From Eledone cirrhosa (lineage: Eukaryota): DNA of 64,000 nucleotides. Of the stretch, positions 25,870 through 38,544 are shown in pieces. Made by a program: the position numbers and the translations under genes. The stretch is taken from assembly GCA_964016885.1 (NCBI GenBank), contig OZ024743.1, forward strand, positions 42,718,001-42,782,000, written 5' to 3'. The stretch's first letter is position 1. Each line of letters opens with the position of its first letter. Under the pieces are notes generated by a model that saw nothing but the letters and a program-made list of their open reading frames with translations, did not search any database and was not told where the DNA came from.

Positions 25870-25901
<32 letters not shown>

Positions 25902-25905
<4 letters not shown>

Positions 25906-26105
25906 AACGAGTAGGACCTAGACGGCTGAGCTCTAGCCGTTTCGACGGCTAATTCTGGACTGAATTAGCGTCCAGAATTAGCCGTCGAAACGGCTTGAGC
26001 TCAGCTGTCGGGGTCCTACTCGTTCCTATTACCCACTCTACTACCCTAAGTATTGAGTACTTTGGTGCATTATGGTCCACTTGGTTCCTTACCACATTTT
26101 CTTCG

Positions 26106-26108
<3 letters not shown>
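25902..26108. mobile_element. Minimal fold-back element, family C
   Basis: Same palindrome plus tail as 11946-12140 but with a different centre. Confidence 0.85.
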
Positions 26109-26140
<32 letters not shown>

Positions 26141-26173
26141 TAAATGGAAACTATATTTATAAAACCATATTTA

Positions 26174-26235
26174 TTTTATTATACATATTTCAAGGGCAAC
26201 CAAGGCAAATTATGGTGCGCTTTCATCAGATAAAA
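26174..26235 (-). ncRNA. Type I hammerhead motif (family H)
   Basis: TTTTAT CTGATGA AAGCGCACCA...TGGTTGCCCTT GAAA TATGT ATA ATAAAA; same strand as the PLE ORF. Confidence 0.82.
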
Positions 26236-27568
26236 TACAGATTTGTTTTATAAATAAATATTGACATACCCGGGGAAAAAAGACAACCTTAACGGTTGGA
26301 GCTTCCTGGATAGTGGAGATATTACATTTATTGAGGGTGTTACAAAATTATGAGTGAGTATGCAAATGAGTGTCCGAAAGGTTGAACAGATAACGGTTTA
26401 TTTAAATTAAACTGTTGGAAGAAGGTGATATGTAAGGGAGAGAGAAAAAAGAAAAAAAGAAAGAAAAAAGAAAGGAGAAAGATAGAAGACGAAAGAAAGA
26501 ACGATTATATATATTGACAGTGAAAATAGAGTGCATGAAGAGATGAGTTTCAAAGGATAAATATACACAGCGTAAGTATATCTAAGGAGAGAAGAAGTGA
26601 GAATAAGATGGAAGAATAATATTTATAATGCAGGATTCATGACGTTTTGATTATAATACTTACAATGATAGGTTGAAAAATTAGATTAAAATTAAATTAA
26701 AATTAAAAAATTAGAAATCAAAATTAAAGATTAAAATTTACCATAATATTAAAGATTTAATTTAATAATTTAATATTAATAATTAGTTTAAATATGTATG
26801 TTAAGGATTATAAATTATTTAAATAAATATATAGTATTTTACATTAGAGCAAATCTAGTATAGTTTGTTTTATTAAAAGTTGTAAGTCAAAAATTTAAAC
26901 ATCCAAATAATTCTAAATTTATGAAAAATCTTCGAGAGTTTACAAATGAATAACCACTTAGTTATATTATAAAAATAGTAAGGAAGTGTAAAGGAAGTTA
27001 GAAGTCATTTTTTAAGAACTCGGATGACCCTAAGGATTAAATGTTATAAAGTTAAAAGGTTAAACATTTTTTATCTTAAGAATATAATTAAAACATGAAC
27101 CATATCTTATTTTATACGAAGTCATAAATTTACTTGCTATAAAGTTAAAACATTTAAACAATTTATCTTAAGAATATATTTAAAGCATAATCCATAGGTT
27201 GTTCCACATATATATATAAAAAAATCATGTTTTCCACATATATATAAACATTTGGATATATATATTAAAAAAGTTTGAAGATATTAGAATATAAAAATAT
27301 AACAATATAAAAATATTGGAAGGTATGAAAATAATGGTTTTTCTATATCTTTCAAAGGAATTTTCAAAAGATTTTCTTAAAACCTTCCGTAAGATTTTCA
27401 AGAAAAAAATTTTCCTTAAAGGAATTTCAAGCAGTCATATAAAGAAATGTTATAATTTATCGATAGGTGTAATAATATATATGTGAAGTAGAGATGATAG
27501 AAAGTAAATTAAATATATGAATCATATATAGATATAGAAGACATTATGTAAAAGAGATAAATCATATA

Positions 27569-28171
27569 TTACATTTTATATATATATTTAAAAGTAGAGT
27601 TTAAACGATGTTTGCAGGAACTGAATACATTATTTCGCAAATTAATAGAGTTCTTACTTTTTAGTATAAAGAATATTTCTTCAGCACAATGGGAGCAATT
27701 TTGGGATAAAGCTGTGTATGAAGGAGCTTGGGAAATAATTTTCCAAAATAAAGAATAGTTAATGTACTTGGATTTCAAGTCCCATAATAAGTTAGATAGA
27801 GAAGCTGAAGATTTTTTACCAATATTCGTAAAGGAAAATTTATGGTTATTAAAACGAGATTTGAAGTCTGTGGAAGTAGAGCCGACATAGTTAAAGGATT
27901 TTTCATTTGTTTTGACATTACAATTGTATACTATATTTTTAACTAAACAATTATTATTTAGAGGACAATTATATTTATTTCTACAATTACATTTATCTAA
28001 ATTTATATTATTGGGAGCCGTAACATTATATTGGATATTGCTAGGGGTATTAATGCTATTCTGGTTAGGTTTTAAGTTTCTATTATTAATTCTATTAATA
28101 TTCTGCGCTAAATTCATAGTGGTGGAATATGAAAGTTTAATAGTATGTCTATTAAAGATTGAATAATACAT
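27569..28171 (-). pseudogene. PLE GIY-YIG endonuclease
   Basis: IVY...YVG...R...H motif order with flanking Cys clusters. Confidence 0.9.
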
Positions 28172-28240
28172 GTGTGTCCTACCTAGGAAAGCACCTATTT
28201 AGAGCTTTAAAGAATAATTTAGCAATAGGAGTTTTAATAC

Positions 28241-28795
28241 TTAATGAGAAAGGGGGAGCGAACCATAATATATTTTTCTTTTGGTTTTCGAGTTAGTGTA
28301 AGGTTTTCTACTATAATTATATTTATAGTTATGGTTAGTTGGCACATTCTTATTATCAATGTATTTAATTTTATTACTATAGCCTGCTCTACCTAACGCT
28401 TCGTTATAATATTCTGCCTTATCTTCAAATATATTTTTATTAGCTGAAATTCTAGAAATACGTTGCTGCACAGAATTTACAATAGGGTTTTTAACGCATC
28501 TGGGGTGATTGGAATTAAAGTTAACATAGTTTAAATTCTCGTTTATTTTATGAAATGGATAATAAAGACCATTGTTAAGGTTTAAAGTTACATCTAAAAA
28601 ATTAACTATTTTATAATTATTCTCTACTTCTACTTTAAGATTAACGCTATTAAAAAGTTGTATAATTTCTTTTCTTTTCCTATTTATTTCACAATTATTA
28701 TTATTTTCAATAAATAATAGCATATCGTTACGATATAAACCACCGCTCATCCCCGGTATTTTCCTATGTAAAGTATTGTTAATAAAAAGCCCCAC
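28241..28795 (-). pseudogene. PLE reverse transcriptase C-terminal/thumb remnant
   Basis: LYRND (degenerate YRDD), FLDV, SNHP. Confidence 0.88.
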
Positions 28796-28970
28796 AGGAT
28801 CCGTTAATTGCGCCGAGTCCGATGAACCTATAGTGATATCGAAAATGTTATCTCTGTCTGCTCTAGTCCAAAGGTGGTTGCTAAATTTAATTAATGTTTT
28901 AAATTAATTTAATTAATGTTTTTAAAAAATATTTAAGCTTGTCGAATCCCAACTAATTAAATATAACATC

Positions 28971-29056
<86 letters not shown>

Positions 29057-29105
29057 ATGTATGTTTGTATGTATGTATATATATATATGTATATATATGT
29101 AGACT

Positions 29106-29146
<41 letters not shown>

Positions 29147-29187
29147 ACAAACATACATATATATATATATAATATATATATATATAT

Positions 29188-29219
<32 letters not shown>

Positions 29220-29248
29220 TTTACGTCCGCTTTTCCCTGCCTGCACAT

Positions 29249-29401
<153 letters not shown>

Positions 29402-29404
29402 ATA

Positions 29405-29889
29405 TATGAAATCGTGTGTCGAAACAGATATTGTTATACTTGGGGAGGGTCATATTTGCGTAATATTGCCAGAATTAATAACTGAACACACTCACTGTTT
29501 GGTTGGTTTTCGCTTCTCGCTGTCTTTTATATCTGCGATCTAACTTACTCGGTCCTCAATGTTGCCATTGACTGACGTAGACATACAACATACAGTGGCG
29601 TAGACATACAACACAACAGGAGGAACAATGAATATAACACCACTGACGATGTTGCAGATGTGCAACGAAAGATTTATGTAAATTATGTAAACTATATATA
29701 TGTGTTTGTGTCTATATTGTATCTGTATTATTTTTGACCGCCGGTCAGTCAATGGCAACATTGAGGACCGAGTAAGTTAGATCGCAGATATAAAAGACAG
29801 CGAGAAGCGAAAACCAACCAAACAGTGAGTGTGTTCTGTTATTAATTCTGGCAATATTACGCAAATATGACCCTCCCCAAGTATAACAA

Positions 29890-29890
<1 letters not shown>
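29405..29890. mobile_element. Fold-back element, family D
   Basis: Inverted arms 29430-29575 and 29745-29890; CTGACGA TGTTGCAGATGTGCAAC GAAA core at 29643-29670. Confidence 0.8.
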
Positions 29891-29921
<31 letters not shown>

Positions 29922-29997
29922 AGTATGCATGAGTGTATCTATATAAATATATATATATATATATAGCATACAATATCGATAAACATTTATAGATACA

Positions 29998-30478
<481 letters not shown>

Positions 30479-30953
30479 TATATATATATATATATATATC
30501 TGGTATCTCGAATTAGTACCATTGAACAACAACTGTTATAGAAACCATGTATATTTCCGTGGGTACTTAGTACCTACTGGAATATCTATATCATTTATTT
30601 ATATTCTCCTTCTGTGTAGAGAAAAAATGTTGTATCGTGCTGCTATTTTTAGTAAAATGAAATTTCGACAAGTCTATAATTCCCGCTTTTTCTTACGGCC
30701 TATTTATGTGTGGGTCACTTTAACGGCCTGACCTCATGCATTGGGCAGAAAGCGATATATTTACTACTACAAGGCTTTTGTGCCCTGTGGTATGGAAATA
30801 GCTGTCTAAAGAGCTGATTCTTTCCATTGCAAATTCTCTGAATTTCCAATATTTCGATAAGCGAAACCGTCGGTCACAGCACTAGAGAAGGTGAATATTT
30901 AAATCTTATTTTAATTTATTTAAAAACTTGTTTAATGTTTACTTGTTCCGCTC

Positions 30954-31009
<56 letters not shown>

Positions 31010-31410
31010 GCAGAGGTTATATTTAATTTGTTGGGATACAACAAGCTTAAAAATATTCTTATAACTGATATAAAGCACTCAACCAATTATTGGAGTAAAT
31101 ATACAATATATTAACAAATGGAAACTATATTTATAAAACCATATTTATTTTATTATACATATTTCAAGGGCCACCAAGGCAACTTATGGTGCGCTTTCAT
31201 CAGATAAAATACAATACAGATTAGTTTTATAAATAAATATTGACATACCCTGAATAAAGACAACTTTAACGGCTTGAGCTTCCTGGAAGCTCCAACCGTT
31301 AAAGTTGTCTTTATTCAGGGTATGTCAATATTTATTTATAAAACTAATCTGTATTGTATTTTATCTGATGAAAGCGCACCATAATTTGCCTTGGTGGCCC
31401 TTGAAGAATA
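31010..31410. mobile_element. Fold-back element, family H
   Basis: Palindrome 31163-31405 centred on GAGCTTCCTGGAAGCTC; hammerhead at 31148-31209 (-), truncated copy at 31359-31405 (+). Confidence 0.8.
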
Positions 31411-31806
31411 AAAATGAATATAAAAATTATTATAAACCACGATAGCTCAACCACCCTGAAATTCTTCTCTGCTCTCTACGCCTTACATCCACTACGATTT
31501 TTTTTACCTTCTGAATTCACTTTCTGTACTCTTATATTCTTTTTCTCATTTATCTCCCCTTATATTTAAACCTTTCCCTATGTCATTTATTTTCCTTATT
31601 TTTCCCCCTACTTTCTACCTTACCTTTCACATACCCACCTTTTTTTATTTTTCGATATTTATTTCTGTGTGTGTGTGTATTGCGCATATGTGTATATATG
31701 TATATATATATATATGTATGTATATGTATGTGTGTATGTATGTTTATATATCTGTATGTATATGTATGTGTGTATATAATTTTATTTTATATGCTTCTGT
31801 TGTGTT

Positions 31807-31896
<90 letters not shown>

Positions 31897-32369
31897 GTGT
31901 GTGTGTGTGCGTGTGTATATTTGTGTGTGTGTATTTTTATATAATTGTTTTTGTGTGTATATATATAATAGCCTTAGAATCGGCTTGAGCTCTGCCGTGG
32001 GGTCATACTTTTTCCTATATGTGTATATTTATACGTATATGTATGTATATATGTGTGTGTATTTGTATGGTTGTGTGTTTGTATATATATATATATATAT
32101 GTATATGTATGTGGTATGTATATGCATAATTACATACAGTGATTTAATGCTTATTTTCATTGATCATTTGCTCCAGGAACTTGTTGAGTGCTCTAATTCA
32201 GCTATATACATTTATACCCTTTTCTAATTATTTATTTATTTATTATTTGTCGTATTCCCAACTTTTTATTTTTATCTATATGTATTATATATTTATTTTC
32301 TTATATATATATATGTGTATGTGTGTATGTATGTATGTATGTGTATGTGTATATATATGTGTGTGTATG

Positions 32370-32415
<46 letters not shown>

Positions 32416-32822
32416 CTTATTGTGTAATCTTGAGATTTATTACATAATCACACACAAGAAGAAATTGCTTAATAACAGAATTGAACGAACATTATTCTGC
32501 CGTCACCGAACTAAAACCCTTTTTTCCCACTACAAGCTGAATATTACATAAAAGGGGAACATCCCCCCAACTATATGAACCTCAATCTAGTTAGAAAAAT
32601 ATAAAAACAATCTCTTCTCAACATATATATGTATATTAATAACCTTAAATTACCACACTAATAATGAATAGATATGCTGATGAGAATAGGTGCGAATATG
32701 CTATAATGAATGTGTCTAAAAGCGACCATATGTATGTATATATATGTGAAAATGTATATAAATAAGTAAATATATATATATGTTTGATGTGTATAGTTAG
32801 ATTTCATGTATTAAAGTGTTTA

Positions 32823-32908
<86 letters not shown>

Positions 32909-33431
32909 GACAGGAGTATGTATGTATATATGTGTGTGTCTATACGTGTGTATATAAAGATAAGTTGAGTATGAAAATGTATACACATGAATGCGTATGT
33001 ATGTACATATATATATGTATATATATGTATATATATATATGTGCATGTATATATGTATGTAAGTATGAGCATGTAATTATGTGTATGTGAGTATATGTAT
33101 TTTGTAGAGGTGTGCATATATGTTTGTGTGTGAATGCGTAGGCGAAAGGATACGTACACTTGAAAGAAAAATTTAAGTCTGAATGTTAATTAAGTGCAAA
33201 CACAAAACCAACCATGCATATCTATACTATCTCTAATCCTTCTATAGATTTAGAAAAATAACCAACGCCAAACAATATATTCTATAAAATTGTCAAAACA
33301 ACAGATGGGAATCTAATTACTCACTGCCACCAAAAATTCTCACTGCTATCAAAAAACTACTCCCTTAACTATTCTTCTAACAACTCCCTCCTAATATTCT
33401 CTATAAAAACCAAACAGGTTCTCAATAAAAT

Positions 33432-33550
33432 TATTCTGATGAAATGACAGTTGATAATAACATTGAAATATTGAATGTCTGCATAACTAATACTTTGTTG
33501 ATAGCTGCTGTTTTCAGGTTATGTAACTGTTATTGAAACACGTGTCAATA
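33432..33550 (+). ncRNA. Type I hammerhead motif with long loop 2
   Basis: TATT CTGATGA AATGACAGTT [~70 nt] AACTGTTATT GAAAC ACGT GTC AATA. Confidence 0.8.
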
Positions 33551-33853
33551 CATTCCTTTTAACTGAACTGTATCCATTTAAATCCTTCTATTTTCTCCGG
33601 ATTACTTTTGAAACTACAACTGGAACCGTCGAGCAAACTCTACGTGAGCTGTCCATCTACTGTGTGTAATATTCATATTACAACACTACGGAAAATACTG
33701 TATATATATACTTATATATATATATATTTAAGAGTTAAACAAAGTTCATATCAATACATCTAAGAATGAGTTTTACACACATACATATGTGTGTGTATGT
33801 ATTTGTATGTATGTGTTTGTGTATATGTATGTGTTTGTGTATATGTATGTATG

Positions 33854-33912
<59 letters not shown>

Positions 33913-33999
33913 ATATATATATATATATTTATATGTATATATATATATGTATATATATATGAATGTATATGTATAAATATGTATATATATATACATATA

Positions 34000-34091
<92 letters not shown>

Positions 34092-34106
34092 CATAGATAT
34101 ATATAC

Positions 34107-34156
<50 letters not shown>

Positions 34157-34163
<7 letters not shown>

Positions 34164-34519
34164 AGAAGATGAAATCGAAAATGTAACTGGAGTCTTATTT
34201 TTTTTAAAATATATATATTTATTTGGTTCCTTTACCGGTTTCGCAGTTCTTCTGCTTTTCAAAAGTAGAGTTGAGATGGAGGGTCTGTCGTTTTTCTCTG
34301 TGGTTTTTCTCACATGTGAGAAAAACCACAGACTACCATCTCAACTCTACTTTTGAAAAGCAGAAAAACTGCGAAACCGGTAAAGGAACCAAATAAATAT
34401 ATATATTTTTTTAAAAGAAGACTCCAGTTGCATTTTCGATTTCCTCTTTTTTTCTTTATACGTTCACTCGTGTAGGACACCTCGGTTATTTTTCATTTTG
34501 TAAAAAAAACTCACTTTCT
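34157..34519. mobile_element. Fold-back element, family A
   Basis: Palindrome centred on CTCACATGTGAG, tail at right; hammerheads at 34230-34265 (-) and 34350-34385 (+). Confidence 0.85.
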
Positions 34520-34609
34520 AATATATATATATATTTATATATATATATAGAATATATATATATATATAGACGTATATGGGACACAAAGCTTCTAATTAAA
34601 TGGAAGGCA

Positions 34610-34800
34610 GCATGGGTGGCCTGTTTGAATAATGGTAACACTTTCGCCCGGCAAACCAAAGATGTGGGTTCGTGATCAATGTACGTCAATATTCATCGTT
34701 TTTTCCATTCAGAGAGATTTTTAAAATCCCAAACTAACAGACTTATTCTATTTAGTTGTTTTTTGTTTTTTTTTAAACACTTTAGTCTTTATTGTGTTGT
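34610..34800 (+). mobile_element. Second tRNA-derived SINE-like repeat
   Basis: GATGTGGGTTCG..ATGTACGTCAATA..TTTTTCCATT shared with 51019-51200, where a B box GGTTCGACTCCC is intact. Confidence 0.5.
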
Positions 34801-34824
34801 ATCAGATGAAAGAATGATATTTAA

Positions 34825-35085
34825 CTAATGTATTGGTACACGATGGGGCCCACCCACAGCCCCGGTGGACAGAATGGAGAAGGCCTTTCCACGGAGGACG
34901 GCAAGGGAGATGCGCTGGAAAAGCCACCCCAACTCGCGGAGCTCACACCTGCGGCTGGCCAGCTCAGCGCCTAGGGTGGTGAGTAAGGAGGTAGCTCTGG
35001 GTCCGAGGACACCAAAAGTCTCCACTGCCAGGGGAACGACCGCAAACCTATCGGAGAGCGACCGGTATTTGAGGAGTTTGGCCCC
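34825..35085 (-). mobile_element. 3' fragment of an RLE-type (CRE-like) non-LTR retrotransposon
   Basis: KLLKYRSLSDRFAVVPLAVETFGVLG...RELGWLFQRISLAVLRGKA resembles the CRE-clade C-terminus; GC-rich island in AT-rich DNA. Confidence 0.75.
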
Positions 35086-35762
35086 CCCTCAACCGGAAGC
35101 ACATGTTACTACCTAATTTTTAAATTCGCTAGCCGATTCTAAACTAAGCTTTTGTGTCTCCCCATTTATATATATATATATTGAAAATATATTTGATTTC
35201 CTGTCAGTATTGTTATATGAATTATTGTATTTTGTTGCGTATGTTACAGCTATTTTTTTTATTGACATTTGATAAACAACTGTGATATAATTTGGCAGTC
35301 TATTATTCAGGCTGGAATGTCATTTACTTTCGAATTCGTACTTTAAATTTCTCCAGGTAAAGAAAAAGATTATTAAAATGTCATGTAATATGTAGAAGAA
35401 ACAAAGAGGTTAAGAAATGTATTGTGACATGATGGACACATATAGTAGACACACAGGTATAAGAAGCACAAAACTAAAACAAAAAGAGCTAATGATTTAG
35501 AACTCAGTATTGCCTAAAAGGAGGAAAGCTGTATTAGATACCATTGAAGAGAGAAAATTAAATACATTCGAGCCAAATTAGAAAAGAATACGTAAAGGTT
35601 GTAGAGAACCATCATGAATTGAATGGATGGATAAACTAGGTAAACTTAAAATACAGTGAATGCGTAAAGGTGCTCAAGAAAACTCTGTATGCTTATTCAT
35701 GATATTCATTATGATGGTGATAAAGGATGTATGTATAGTACGCTTACTGTGGCATTATTTTC

Positions 35763-36162
35763 AGGCGGTGGATTGGCAGTATCGGTAAAGGGTCGGACGC
35801 CATGCTTTACAGCAAAGAGTTACGGCCCTTTATGGTCTGCGTTCAAATCCCGCCGAGGTTAACTTTGCCTTTCATCCTTACGGGGTCGATAAAATAAAAT
35901 ACCAGTAATACACTGGGATAATTGCTGGCCTTGTTGCAAAAGTAGAAACGATTATCTTCTTTTCATTCGGTAGATTGGCAGTATCAATAGGGCGTCAGAC
36001 ACCATGCTTTGCAGCATAGAGTTGTGACCCTTTATGTGCTGAGTTTAAATCCCGCCGAGGTTAACTTTGCCTTTCACCATACGAAGTCGATAAAATAAAG
36101 TACCAGTAATGCACTGAGATAATTGCTGGCCTTGTGCCAAAGTAGAAACAATTATCTTCTTT
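35763..36162 (+). mobile_element. Two tandem Meta/MESC-like SINE copies
   Basis: Consensus at 35763-35955 and 35968-36155, both followed by ATTATCTTCTTTTCA. Confidence 0.88.
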
Positions 36163-36740
36163 TCAATTCGTTCTTTCTAAATATGCGTATCTCTAAAATA
36201 TCAGATTTTACATGTGTACAAATATATATTTGATGCTTTCATCGGAAAGAATTGAATGGATGGAAATCTCTGAGTTCAAATCAGTAGTGCTAACGCCACC
36301 TTAAATAGCAGCGAGTACACTCTAAAATTTATGCAGTTTTCGGAAGAACAAACAGCGCAGTAGATGCCATGTACGTTAGAAATTTCGAATGAGAATGTTC
36401 CCTATATATGCATGGAAGTCGTAAACACTGAATTACAAAGGAATGGGATCATATAGATACGGTCAATTTTGAGAGAGTGGTGAAGGCGGATGAAAACAGA
36501 GTGTGGCATGCCATATAATAATACAGGGCATAAAAGAAGCTGGCTTTTACTCATGATTATTTAAATGAAGATTATACTTTAAAATGAAATATAAATGTGT
36601 GTGTATGCGTGTGTGTGTGTGTGTGTGTGCATGTGAGATATTTTCAAATCTTAACTATAATAAAGGAAGGTCTGCGGGATTGCGTCCAGAATATATTTTT
36701 TTTACCCCGTTTGTAAAATAAGTTGGATTACTTTGAATAA

Positions 36741-36850
36741 ATAATTGTTTCTACTTTAGGCACAAGGCCAGCAATTACCCAGTGCATTACTGGTACTTTC
36801 TTTTATCGACCCCGTAAGGATGAAAGGCAAAGTCAACCTCGGTGGAATTT
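36741..36850 (-). mobile_element. 5'-truncated SINE copy
   Basis: Matches the SINE 3' half. Confidence 0.85.
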
Positions 36851-37437
36851 AATGAATGAATATTACATAATTTATTTGCTAAATTTCGTGGCTGTTGATT
36901 AAATACATTTTATAGCTTATTTAAAGATCTTTAAAATTCAATTCTTTAAAATTATCAAATGTCAACACTTCCGGTTAGCCGCCGTTATATTATAACACTT
37001 ATAAAAATATCGCATATATTCCCGTCGCTAATTTTCTCCTAATGCTGTTTATATATAATGTCGTCTTTTTTTTAATATATCATGGATTACTGATTACAGA
37101 AGACAGTGTAACATAGGCTTCGTTCAATTTCTGTGTATATTGTCAGTTACGATTTTATTTGATGTATGATATTTACATGCATATATATTTGTGTATAATA
37201 TCAATATACACACTACACATGCAAGCAGAAAACCACCCGTTGGGTGGTTTTTCTGCTAGTCGATGTAATAATGAAAATACACAAATAGAACTTACATAAT
37301 TTCAGAAATACGTGATTGATAAAATAATAAAATGAATAAATATATAAATATTTGAAGTATTTGAGGGCTCAATTGAAAATTGAAAATATATACATGGTAA
37401 GGATAAGATATTTCCCAGAATGTTTGAAGTGATGATA

Positions 37438-37630
37438 ATAATTGTTTCTATATTTGGCACAAGGCCATCAATTATCTCAGTGTATTACTGGTACTTTATT
37501 TTATCGACCCTGTAAGGATGAAAGGCAAAGTTAACCTCGGCGGAATTTGAACTCAGACTATAAAGGGCTGTAACTCTTTGCTGCAAATCATGGCGTCAGT
37601 CCCTCTACCGATACTGCCAATTCACCGCCC
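37438..37630 (-). mobile_element. SINE copy with target-site duplication
   Basis: Full consensus; TGAAGTGAT(G/A)ATAATA on both sides. Confidence 0.9.
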
Positions 37631-38164
37631 TGAAGTGATAATAATAATGGTTTCTAGGCATAGTTGTTCTGCTTGAGAACGAGTCGTAGGAGAGTTATAG
37701 CGATACGGCCACCAGATGTGATGTGTACTTGCAATATATGTGGAACATTTCCTGAAGAATAAACAACTACGGACCAAGATAGGCACATTACAAAGGCAGA
37801 TAGGGCAATAGTTGACTATTAGCTTCCAAGAAAAGTCTCATAATCCCGTGATATAGCTATGACGAACCGAGTAAAGGCCGCCTCTAAAAACACCTACATT
37901 TGACGGGTCTGAGAAAAATTAGAAAATTGGTGACAAACGAAAATTTGACCAACAGAAATCTACAATTACATTATTTATACTGCATCGTCCTTTGCGCAGG
38001 ATATCAAAGGATGTGTTCAGGCCTTATGTAGAACAGCCTGATAGAAAATATTTTGCAGACAACATTTAACGCTGCCAAGATTGGTGATGCACTTGTGAAT
38101 GTCCTATGTGTAGTGAGATGGACGCACTCGAGACCCCAAAGAGAGTTCGCAACGGAGCAAACCT

Positions 38165-38500
38165 TTGCAATTGTTATTTGGAAGATTACAACATTTACAG
38201 ATAAGAGACGGAAACCTATGGAGGAAAGCAGATGCATCCGGCTAGATGTACTCTGAATTTCCGTTACAAATTACCGTGGCTCTGATACTGTAGATTTGCC
38301 TGGAGGATGGAAAATCCACAATCCATGTGTGGCCCAAGAAATGAATGCACAGGCGGAGGTGAGATCATTAAAAGCCCTCGGCTGATAGAATTTGTTATCA
38401 CCTGAATCCCATTTGGAGGTTGGATTTGCCTCCTAAAGCTTAGACTGAAAGATATGTCTCTGTGCGTGGTGCAGCTTTATGCTCCAAAGAAACATCCGAA
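38165..38500 (+). mobile_element. Degenerate RTE-like LINE endonuclease N-terminus
   Basis: WKITTF..K....EE....RLDVL*IS.T..RGS.TVDLPGGWKI.....Q..NAQAEV resembles RTE APE starts. Confidence 0.55.
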
Positions 38501-38544
38501 TGCAGATCCTTACTGCGGCGTTAGATTTATTTAATACATAGTAA

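Larger units (their letters stand above)
26137..28900 (-). mobile_element. 5'-truncated PLE (RT remnant, CxCx5C linker, GIY-YIG; Hydra-clade-like), family H
   Basis: GGLYRNDML, VNFLDVTLNL, YVNFNSNHP; CNCRNKYNCPL, IVYNC..YVGST..FKSRFNNH, CSHCAEE; long AT-rich 3' UTR ending in a hammerhead. Confidence 0.9.

Noticed and set aside
32670-32725. CTGATGA...GAAT possible hammerhead
   Set aside because: No GAAA and no convincing stems.
35380-35710. Possible RTE LINE 3' remnant
   Set aside because: Too degenerate to support by eye.
35763-35860. tRNA gene
   Set aside because: A and B boxes run into a multicopy SINE body, and there is no complete cloverleaf.
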